Below, piece by piece: positions 55,329 to 63,834 of a DNA stretch of 64,000 nucleotides. The notes beneath the pieces were generated by a model. It was not told where the DNA came from. It saw only the letters and a program-made list of their open reading frames with translations, and did no database searches. The stretch spans positions 52,601 to 116,600 of the forward strand of contig CAVPDE010000023.1 in assembly GCA_963702565.1 (NCBI GenBank), given 5' to 3'. This DNA comes from an uncultured delta proteobacterium (GTDB lineage: Bacteria > Desulfobacterota > DSM-4660 > Desulfatiglandales > HGW-15). The translations under genes and the position numbers were made by a program. The stretch's first letter is position 1. Every line of letters starts with the position of its first letter.

Positions 55329-57029
55329 TTAAACCAGATCTCCTCTAGGCCAGAGAACCCTATTGTGTTTTATATCGAAGATGCCTAGATAATTGACCCT
55401 GACGTCAGGTAGAAAATCATTGGGAAGGAACACAAGGGTATAGAGCGGATCATGATAAGGATATCCCCTTGCTGTAAGTAGCACTTTGAATTCCTTCTCT
55501 TTGTCAGCGAGTTCCTGCAGGCTAGCCTCGGACATGATCCCACCTATGGGCAAAGGCAATTCATAACAGAGTTTTCCCTTTTCATAAACAACGATACCTC
55601 CTTTCATTTCAAGAACTCTGTTTACTGCAGCGCTCATCGCTTCCCTGTCATTTCCAATGACCAGTATTTGTGCCGCTGTATTAAAGGAAGAAGCAAGGCC
55701 TTCAATTTGGTTTCCAAAACCCTCAAGAATTCCGAGTGTTATCCAAGTTCCCTCTCTGCATATAAGCGCGACTAGAGAGAACTGAGATGAGTCAAAACTC
55801 AGAAACCCATTTCGAGAAGTGAAATCAGCCCATTTAATTCGTGTGATCGCAGGGCTTATGAGTTCAATAACAGGAAAACGGATGGATGCCTCAGTACTGG
55901 GGATTGTAAAAAGATTTTGTTTAGCGACCCAACTGCGTTTACAAAAGGAAGCCTTGGGAAAGTACCTTTCCCATTCCACTTTGGGGAATGCTTCTAAAAG
56001 GTCTCCCTTCTCTGAAACAATTTTGCCTCTTGATATGACAGTTTCTGGGGTAGGGTTGTGGATGTCTTCCAAGATCACCATATCCGCATCCCTTCCTGGA
56101 GCAATCCCCCCAATCTTATGGTCAAGGCCAAAATAGACGGCCGGGTTAATGGTAACCATTCTGTAGGCAGATATTGGATCGATGCCTTCTTTAAGAGCGA
56201 TCCGAATCAAGTGATCGGTGATCCCATGAGTCTCATAGAACTCCGGCATTGAACCATCAGTTGTCAACATAAGACGATCGGTCAAGACACGGTTTTCAGC
56301 AACCATCTTGAGAAGTGGGCCCAAGTCCGGTCTCAGTGAGCTTTCCCGCAACATGACGTAGAAACCCAGTCTCAGCCTGTCAAGAACATCCTGGCCATTG
56401 ATGCTTTCATGGCAGGACTCTATCCCTGCCAACGCAAGCCGATTAAGTTTATCGTACTTAGCGCCCGCAGTATGACCATCCACTCTTCTTCTTCAGTCGT
56501 TTGGTCAGAGCAATCAATTCTCCCATTTCGCCGTTCTCGTTGATTAGTGCCGGCCATCGTGTAATTTCGCCGAGTGACTGGACGTGAGGGTCCATGAGGA
56601 CTCTCCGCAAGTTCCTCGTCGAAAATAGATCGTTTTCCCCTTCCATAGGAGTTTGAGGTGTCGCTCTGCAGGACCAATAATATTTGATCGGCATATCGGA
56701 GAAAGCATCCATGAATGCTTTGAAAATCTTTGAGCCCATCGCCATATAGAAGATCAAGTTGTCGCAAAAGAGAGTCGTCGTTCCCCGCTTACAAGCCTCT
56801 TCACCAATTGACAATGGATTGCATATGTCCCATGGGTGAAAATGCGGTTCGATGTAACCCGGCGCGATGATTTTGGTTTTTAACTCAAGAACTCTCGTGC
56901 TCTTTCCAAGCCCATGTTCGAATGGGCCGACATAGACAATCTTCTCATTTTTTATTGTAACGTTGGCATCAAGGAACTCGCCGGAATAGACGTTGACAAT
57001 AGTTCCCCTCTGAGCAAGAGGTCTGCCAT
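55329..57029 (-). pseudogene. Adenine deaminase-family amidohydrolase, broken by two compensating frameshifts
   Basis: Three collinear pieces: MADLLLRG (ATG 57029); TIVNVYSGEF...PGYIEPHFHPWD...LTKRLKK; VDGHTAGAKYDKLN...(ORF 55329-56483). Total ~567 codons, the normal length for this family. Confidence 0.7.
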
Positions 57030-57649
57030 TTCGTTATCAGAACGTAAGGAGGGTTTCACACAAAGCCTCTCGCCAGTAATTAGTTTACCGGGTAGCGCAT
57101 GGTTGTTTTTAATGAGAGAGAACTCAATTCAGTCAAGCAGCAAAGGGGCTCGCAAAAATAGCATTCGAAGTCGAAAAAGGCCAAAGAAGCGAACCATAAA
57201 CAATGCAACAAAGACGTTGTTCGAAATGGACTTTTTGGGGCCAGGGGCTCTATTTTTCCCGGTTTCTTTGCTTCGCCACGGCAATTTCCAACTTTTTTCT
57301 GAAACATAGTATAAAACCTAATACCTGGATCTTACACTATTTTGACCAAATGCCGTGCAAGATATTTCTTGCACGACCGGCTTCTCATATATGATCAATG
57401 GGTAAGAGAGGAGCCCAAAACACCGTCTTCGGAGAGCCTCGCTATTACTGGGCTTTGCAAGGGTTTCCAAAAGCCTTGTAAAGAGGAGCTCTCAGGCGAA
57501 CCACGGGGGCTCTTTTCCCCCACTTGGGTAACGCATGTATTTTCTTGGACCGGATGGAAGCCTTTACCCATCTAGCTCCAGAAGTGAAGTTGCCTGTTTA
57601 AGTCCGTTTCGTGCAGGATTCACGTAATATATATCTCATAGAGTGCCAC

Positions 57650-58290
57650 GTTTTCAATACGGCAGTAAAGCGGCAGAGTGGTATTACTTCTTATCAGGCC
57701 CGGAGGACCGGGGTTTTTGCGACCCTGTGAGACTCCACCCGCGTAGCGGTTGGCCTCAGGTGGCCCCCGCAAGGGGGGCTCAAGCTTGTGAAAGTCCCGC
57801 TTTGTCTTTTTTACATATCATTTCTCGGATGTATTTCTTTATGTTTTTTTCATCCAATCCAACTCTGCTGACGCAATACCCCCGGCTCCAGAAGTGCAGC
57901 CCCGTCACCCTCTTGTTCCCCAGAATCTGCCGGTCGATTGGCACCGCACTCTTGCCTTCGATAAACCCTATCGCAATCGCCACACTGTGCTTAGGCATTA
58001 TGCTTACGCACATGTGGATATGGTCCGGCATTAGTGTGGCCTTCCAACTGCTCGATTCCCCGCTGCTGGCATACTTCCCTTATCAACCTCTCCCACGTGC
58101 TTCTTCACTTTCCCATACAGCATCCTCTTTCGATACTTCGGGTGGATGTGGGCCCACCATTGGAGTAAGGCTTTCTAGACGCTCTGTTGAGCACCAACAA
58201 TAGGAAAGGGGGTGCAGTTGAAAAGGATTCAACGCCTGCCAGAGACTGCCCATCAAGAGTCAGGCACAAATCGCTCCAAAAGAGCACCTG
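57650..58290 (-). mobile_element. Degenerate IS200-like element
   Basis: Contains the fragmented tnpA below, plus a stable hairpin gccccc-gcaa-gggggc (57763-57778) immediately 3' of the tnpA stop. Boundaries are approximate. Confidence 0.5.
57780..58190 (-). pseudogene. IS200-family Y1 transposase TnpA remnant (multiple frameshifts)
   Basis: C-terminal two thirds are intact (MPDHIHMCVSIMPKHSVAIAIGFIEGKSA...HFWSRGYCVSRVG). N-terminal pieces (HIHPKYRKRMLYGKVKKHVGEV; IREVCQQRGIEQLEGH) lie in two other frames. Confidence 0.65.
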
Positions 58291-58598
58291 ATTGCAGGTC
58301 AGGTATCACGGCAAATTGAATCGTGGTCAATGGCCATCATCCGCTTTTGATTAGGATTCCAATACTTGAAAATGGGTGGGTGAAGACTACGATACGCATT
58401 GTATCGTTAAGGGAGAATCAAGCTTAGAGTGCGTAATCTTCAATTTCAGACCCTCTGTGAGGGCCATCGCGCTCGGACACCGTCATGCCGAGCCGCGACG
58501 GACCGAGAAGCCCCGCGTTGCGGCTGCCACCACCCGAACCAACGAAATCGTGGCCGGCACGATGCCGTGGTCTTGCCTTTTGAAGATCTGACCCATGC

Positions 58599-59024
58599 TC
58601 ACCAATTCTTTGGCAAGCTGTCGGCCAGCAGGCAGGAGACGTTCTCTCTCTCAAGGATTCGATGGGCTTTGTGATCAAAAGTGAGCCAAAGGCCCTTCAA
58701 GTCCTTGGCAAGCGCCGCGTAGCAAGCATCATAGCCCGTTAGGCCCAACCTGACAAAGCGACTTGCTTTGAGGGCTAGGTCTTCCGTCATGGGCTGTCGG
58801 AATATGCCGCCTTGAAGAAGTGGGATAATCGCCTTCGTGAAGACTTGGACGGCGTCCGGGTGAAGACGGTGCAGCACGGAAAACACTTCAAAGGAAAAGA
58901 GTTCAGGCACAGCGAACCGTCGAGGTTCATCCACCATTCGCTTCAGCACTTCATCAGCGTTGGCGTGTGCCTCTTCCTCAATAAACCAGCGAACAGCTAC
59001 AGAAGCATCCACAACCCAAATCAT
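58599..59024 (-). CDS. vapC: PIN-domain ribonuclease toxin
   Basis: MIWVVDASVAV... with acidic residues at the PIN positions (D6, E, D..YDACY). ATGA overlap with the upstream antitoxin. Confidence 0.85.
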   Translation of the reverse strand: MIWVVDASVAVRWFIEEEAHANADEVLKRMVDEPRRFAVPELFSFEVFSVLHRLHPDAVQVFTKAIIPLLQGGIFRQPMTEDLALKASRFVRLGLTGYDACYAALAKDLKGLWLTFDHKAHRILERENVSCLLADSLPKNW

Positions 59025-59293
59025 TCCGAGTATCCCCTCAGTTGCCGCAATACTTCGAGGCTCTGAACGGATTCTTTCTTCCTCTTCCTGAGCGATTTGA
59101 AGAGTTCTAGGAGTTGAACCTTTTCCTCTTGTGCCTTTACGTCCAAGAAGCGCCTTTCGAAATCCTCCGGCGTGACCAGAACGGCCCTTACCTTCCTCCC
59201 CTTGCTAATGAGGATAGGATCGCCTTTAGCGGTCAACCGGTCGAGGATCTCCCCGAGATTGTTCCTTAGTTTCAACGCATTGACTCTTTCCAT
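59021..59293 (-). CDS. Phd/YefM-type antitoxin
   Basis: MERVNALKLRNNLGEILDRL...PILISKGRKVRAVLVTPEDFERR is Phd/YefM-like. Start set at ATG 59293 because the upstream in-frame ATG lies inside the predicted -10 box. Confidence 0.7.
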   Translation of the reverse strand: MERVNALKLRNNLGEILDRLTAKGDPILISKGRKVRAVLVTPEDFERRFLDVKAQEEKVQLLELFKSLRKRKKESVQSLEVLRQLRGYSE

Positions 59294-59324
59294 ATCCCTG
59301 ACCCCGGCAGATGAAATCGGTTTG

Positions 59325-59353
59325 ATCATAGGCTCAAAAAGTATGTATGTCAA
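59325..59353 (-). promoter_or_regulatory. Sigma-70-type promoter of the TA operon
   Basis: The minus strand reads TTGACA (59353-59348), 17 nt, TATGAT (59330-59325), ~30 nt upstream of the antitoxin ATG. An AT-rich stretch lies upstream. Confidence 0.6.
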
Positions 59354-59536
59354 GTGCATATATAGATATACATCTCGTTGCCAACGGGGGACCCTGCGCC
59401 TAAAACAATCTGGAATCTTCTTGAGGCGGATGACGGGAGAGGATGAATGCTTGACGGAATTCCCTGTTTGCATCGAAAGGTCGGTGAATGGTATTGTTAA
59501 ATTGCTGATAGAGAAACTTGGGAAGGAGCGTCAATC

Positions 59537-60430
59537 ATGAGCAAAATAGGATTCATCGGACTGGGAATCATGGGTGCGCCCATGGCCGGGCATTTTCTGA
59601 CCGCCAAGCACGAAGTATACCTCTATGACATCAAACCGCTTGCCAAGAGTCTTATCACCCAGGGGGGCATCCCTTGCCTGTCGGGCAAAGAGGTGGCCCT
59701 GAGGGCGGACATCGTCATCCTCATGGTGCCGGATACACCAAACGTGGCGAATGCGCTCTTTGCGGAGGACGGTGTGGCTGCCGGCCTATCCCCTGGAAAA
59801 ATCGTGGTGGACATGAGCTCGATTTCACCGATCGAGACCAAGGAGTTTGCGAAAAAAATAGAGGCGCTGGGGTGCGACTACCTGGATGCTCCGGTGTCGG
59901 GCGGTGAGGTTGGCGCCAAGGCGGCGTCGCTGACCATTATGGTCGGAGGGAAGCCGGAGGTTTTCGAGCGGGTGAAGCCGCTGTTCGAACTCATGGGCAA
60001 GAATATCACCCTGGTGGGCGGCATCGGAGACGGTCAGACCTGCAAGGTCGCCAACCAGATCATCGTCGCCCTGACCATCGAGGCTGTCGGTGAAGCGCTG
60101 CTGTTCGCCTCCAAGGCCGGCGCTGACCCTGCCAAGGTCCGCCAAGCCTTGATGGGAGGCTTTGCCTCCTCTCGCATCCTCGAAGTCCATGGCGAGAGAA
60201 TGATCAAGCGCACCTTCAACCCTGGTTTCCGCATCAACCTTCACCAGAAAGATCTCAACCTGGCACTATCCGCGGCACGTGCTATCGGTGTCAGCCTGCC
60301 GAACACGGCAACCTGCCAAGAGCTGTTCAATGCGTGTGCCGCCCATGACGGCAGCGCCTGGGATCATTCCGCAATGGTGCGTGCCCTTGAGATGATGGCG
60401 AATTTCGAAATCGGCCAGGCTGCACCCTGA
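59537..60430 (+). CDS. 2-hydroxy-3-oxopropionate (tartronate semialdehyde) reductase / 3-hydroxyisobutyrate dehydrogenase family
   Basis: IGFIGLGIMGAPMA dinucleotide fold and the family-typical middle (DAPVSGG..GA..A.LTIMVGG) and C-terminal regions. GGAAGGAG RBS. Confidence 0.85.
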   Translation: MSKIGFIGLGIMGAPMAGHFLTAKHEVYLYDIKPLAKSLITQGGIPCLSGKEVALRADIVILMVPDTPNVANALFAEDGVAAGLSPGKIVVDMSSISPIETKEFAKKIEALGCDYLDAPVSGGEVGAKAASLTIMVGGKPEVFERVKPLFELMGKNITLVGGIGDGQTCKVANQIIVALTIEAVGEALLFASKAGADPAKVRQALMGGFASSRILEVHGERMIKRTFNPGFRINLHQKDLNLALSAARAIGVSLPNTATCQELFNACAAHDGSAWDHSAMVRALEMMANFEIGQAAP

Positions 60431-61548
60431 CGGAAGCGGAGCGGCTGCGCAGGCTCCTGCAGTAGATGCTTGAAGCCGCAGAGGGTTAGCGGATTGACTT
60501 GAGATGATCTAGAACGGAATTTCCCGGTAGCATCCACAGACCCTCCGGTTTTTTTCTGGGGTGGCTGCTGGAGGAACTTGTAGCGGTCAGCGGATCGAAG
60601 AGTAATGTCGTGGATCTCGGTGCCTTTGAGAATGCTCAGTGTGACTTCAACGCCCGCGTTGCCCAGACCCCACACCTTCCGGTAAAAGTCGGCGAGCCCT
60701 TCCACAGCTCTTCCATTCACCTTGAGAATGAGGTCATCGGTCTGGATCCCTGCCTGTTCTGCAGGCCCTTCGGGCGTGACGCGCGTCACAAAAACACGGC
60801 GGTGGGCCGCTTCTGCGCTGATCCCCAACCAGGGCCTTGCCGGCTTTTTGGGGCGGCCGGCGGTAACGAGGTCATCCAGGATTGGAGGAAGGAGATCGAT
60901 GGGGATGAAGACATTACAGGGGAGTGAGCCGACCCCTGGAATAGGCAGCTGAGCGAAAAGGGAGCCAATCCCCAGAAGTTGACCGTCAGGCCCTATAAGC
61001 GCGGCGCCGCCGAATTCTGCAATAGGCGGGGAAGCGTAAATGGCATTCTCGAGGATATATTCCCAGGAACCAACAAAATCCTGGCGCATAATGACCCTGG
61101 CCCCGATAGCCTCATCCACACCCCCATAGCCGGCCACCATGACTGGATCGCCTTCCGTGATTTTGGAAGATTGCCCCAATTTCATGGGTTTCACGTTCAA
61201 AGGGGTGTGGGTCCGCAGGACACCGAAGCCCGTCGTATGATCATAGCCAACAAAGGCGGCCTGAACCACTCTCCCTTCAGGCCCTGTCACTTCGATGGCT
61301 TCGGATTCGACGATGAGATACCCGGTGGTGAGAATAAGACCTTTGGAATCAATGAGCACGCCGCAACCTACACGCTCTGTTCCGAGGGAGGCCGCAGTGT
61401 GAGCTTCCTTTGGAACAATAGCCCGGATCTTCACAACCGCTTTGAGCACTTCCTCGGGCGCCTCATCGCAAGCGCAGGAACGGACAAAGCGAAGACAAAG
61501 GCGACGGTTGCGCAGAGCCAGGCTCTTTTCATGGGGTTTCCTTTTCAA
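60364..61548 (-). CDS. HtrA/DegP-like trypsin-fold + PDZ protein lacking the catalytic triad
   Basis: Aligns by eye to DegP around all three catalytic positions, but reads TTGYLI (His to Tyr), TTGFGVL (Asp to Gly) and AEFGGAAL (no Ser). A PDZ domain follows. The last ~70 codons are non-homologous and overlap the convergent gene. Confidence 0.65.
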   Translation of the reverse strand: MKRKPHEKSLALRNRRLCLRFVRSCACDEAPEEVLKAVVKIRAIVPKEAHTAASLGTERVGCGVLIDSKGLILTTGYLIVESEAIEVTGPEGRVVQAAFVGYDHTTGFGVLRTHTPLNVKPMKLGQSSKITEGDPVMVAGYGGVDEAIGARVIMRQDFVGSWEYILENAIYASPPIAEFGGAALIGPDGQLLGIGSLFAQLPIPGVGSLPCNVFIPIDLLPPILDDLVTAGRPKKPARPWLGISAEAAHRRVFVTRVTPEGPAEQAGIQTDDLILKVNGRAVEGLADFYRKVWGLGNAGVEVTLSILKGTEIHDITLRSADRYKFLQQPPQKKTGGSVDATGKFRSRSSQVNPLTLCGFKHLLQEPAQPLRFRQGAAWPISKFAIISRARTIAE

Positions 61549-61596
61549 GCTTGAAGCGGCGGCATAGACCGCCGCTTCAGTAGGAGCAGGGAGAGA

Positions 61597-62862
61597 TTAC
61601 TTCTTCGCCTCTTTCATCCTTTTTTCATAGCCGTCCCGGACCGCCTTCAGTTCTTCCGGGGTCCTGCAGACCTGCTCTGCCTGGATGGCCTGCAGGTTCT
61701 TCAGCACGGCAAAACCATACTTGTCGCTGAACAGGGTTTCACCCCAGACCACATCCTCCACAACCGCGTGATCCTCTTTGCGCATGATCTTCCAGCCCTC
61801 GGGCGTCTCCCAGGCCAGAGGTTCGCTTTCTATGGCCCTGATCACTTTCTGCGCGTCCGTGCTCTTGGCTCTTTCTATGGCGGCTTTGAGGAAATAGACG
61901 CCTGCATAGGTTTCCTGAGCCATGTAGTCCGGATACTCCTTGAAACGGTCCATGTAGCCTTTGACGAAATTGCGGTTCATGGCCGTGTCCGGAGAGAGGA
62001 AGAAGTAGCGAGCGGCCACAAAGACGCCGTTGGGCAGGTCTTTCCCAAGAGGGACCAGTGTCTCCAGGGCAGCGCCGTCCGTGAAGGCGAACTTCACGTT
62101 GTTGAACACGCCGGTGGGCAGGGCCTGCTTAACGAAATTGACCGCATCCATGCCCCAGAGAGAGGACCAGACCGCGTCGGGCTTGGTTTCCACGATCTTT
62201 TGAATGAAAGGCGTGAAGTCCTTCTCCATCAGCTTGGGCCACAGCTCGCCCACGACCTCCGCGTCAGGCTGAAGCTCCTTGAGCTTGGACGCAAAGGAAG
62301 CCCAGGACTCGCGGCCGTAAGCGTAATCCGGCCCGATGTTCATCCACTTTTTATATCCCTTGGGAGCCATGAAGTAGGCGCCTGCCCGGGAGTGCATCAT
62401 GGCATTGCTGAGAGTGCTGAACACGTAGGGGTTGAATTTGGCGTCTGTCAGAGAGTTGGCCGCTGCCTGGGTGAGGATGAGGATTTTCTTTTCTTTCAGG
62501 GCCAAGTCAGCTAAGGCCACGGCAATGGCGCTCGATGTAGGTCCCATGATGAAGTCCACTTTATCCTTTTTGATGAACTTGTTGGCGATCTCAACGCCCA
62601 CCTCGGGCTTCATCTTGTCATCTTCAAAAATGGCCTCCACCTTTCTCCCCAGGATTCCCCCTTTGGCGTTGATTTCATCGAGGGCGAGCTGGACTGCCTG
62701 AGACCCATGCTTGCCATAGCCGCCCATGGGCCCGGACATGATGAAAAGAACGCCCAGCTTAATGGGCTTGGCCGGTTTCTCCGCGGCCAGGGCAGGGCCG
62801 CAGATCAGAACGATCGAAAGAAAGCACACAACGATTCCCATTTTCCATCCTCTGCTGATCAT
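61597..62862 (-). CDS. ABC transporter substrate-binding protein (LivK/urea-type PBP)
   Basis: Signal peptide MISRGWKMGIVVCFLSIVLICGPALA, then type-I PBP sequence. GAAGGGGGA RBS before ATG 62862. Confidence 0.85.
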   Translation of the reverse strand: MISRGWKMGIVVCFLSIVLICGPALAAEKPAKPIKLGVLFIMSGPMGGYGKHGSQAVQLALDEINAKGGILGRKVEAIFEDDKMKPEVGVEIANKFIKKDKVDFIMGPTSSAIAVALADLALKEKKILILTQAAANSLTDAKFNPYVFSTLSNAMMHSRAGAYFMAPKGYKKWMNIGPDYAYGRESWASFASKLKELQPDAEVVGELWPKLMEKDFTPFIQKIVETKPDAVWSSLWGMDAVNFVKQALPTGVFNNVKFAFTDGAALETLVPLGKDLPNGVFVAARYFFLSPDTAMNRNFVKGYMDRFKEYPDYMAQETYAGVYFLKAAIERAKSTDAQKVIRAIESEPLAWETPEGWKIMRKEDHAVVEDVVWGETLFSDKYGFAVLKNLQAIQAEQVCRTPEELKAVRDGYEKRMKEAKK

Positions 62863-63156
62863 GTTTGTTCCCCCTTCACTTTGTGGTTTTTGAAAGACGT
62901 TCTTATCGGCACAGAGAAAATCTGATTCAGTCAAACGAGAGGAGTGAAATGGTCATTGCGCAGGCATTGATACGAAAAGGGATCATAGGGAAAAACCCTG
63001 GGGCCGTCAATCCCGAAAATACTGAAATACCGTGAGAACACCCCCCTCTCTCAATGGTTGTCAAAGAGCTCAGGATAGAGCTATAATGCCCGTCATTCAG
63101 TGCTGATCCTATCTGAGGTAGCTGCGGGATTGCTTACAGACGCGGAGGAGAGGAAA

Positions 63157-63798
63157 ATGAAAAAGGCAATGACGCACAGGATTCTACTGGTCTTCGGTTG
63201 GTTGCTTTTCATGGGTTTTTTTTGCGGGCACGCGGTGGCTGCGGAGTTCTCTGCCGACCAGATCCAGACCAGGGGCGGACAAACGAGCCAGGGGAAATTC
63301 TATCTCAAAGGCGACAAACACCGGATGGAAATCACGGAGGCCGGGCAGTCTAGCATCATCATCACGGATACGGCCAACAAGAAATCCTACATGCTCAATC
63401 CCAAAGACAAGACCTACATGGATTTGTCGGCCATGGGGATGGGAGCCGGCCAGACGCAGACGCAATCCGAAGACGAACTCAAGAAGCTGGGAGAGTGGAA
63501 AAGCGCAGGCACGGAAACCGTGAACGGCTACGAGTGCGAGAAAAAGATTTTCGTTTACAAGGACAAATCCATGGGGGAGATGACGCACTGGATCTCCAAG
63601 AAGCTCAACTATCCGATCAAGATGTACTATCAGTCCAAAGACATGTCCATGATCACGGAGTACAAGAACATCAAGGAAGGCGGGGTGGATGACAAGCTCT
63701 TCCAGGTTCCTGTCGGGTATCAGAAGATGGCCATGCCGGGGATGGGAGGAGGGAAGATGCCCATGGGAGGCGGCTGGTTCCGACGACGAAGAGGATGA
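63157..63798 (+). CDS. Secreted DUF4412-like protein with a Gly/Met-rich tail
   Basis: Signal peptide MKKAMTHRILLVFGWLLFMGFFCGHAVA. The FYLKGDKHRMEI...SYMLNPKDKTYMDL pattern resembles DUF4412 (recalled). GAGGAGAGG RBS. Confidence 0.55.
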   Translation: MKKAMTHRILLVFGWLLFMGFFCGHAVAAEFSADQIQTRGGQTSQGKFYLKGDKHRMEITEAGQSSIIITDTANKKSYMLNPKDKTYMDLSAMGMGAGQTQTQSEDELKKLGEWKSAGTETVNGYECEKKIFVYKDKSMGEMTHWISKKLNYPIKMYYQSKDMSMITEYKNIKEGGVDDKLFQVPVGYQKMAMPGMGGGKMPMGGGWFRRRRG

Positions 63799-63834
63799 GG
63801 AGGTGCCAAAGCCTCCAGCTAAAGGTAAGAAAAA

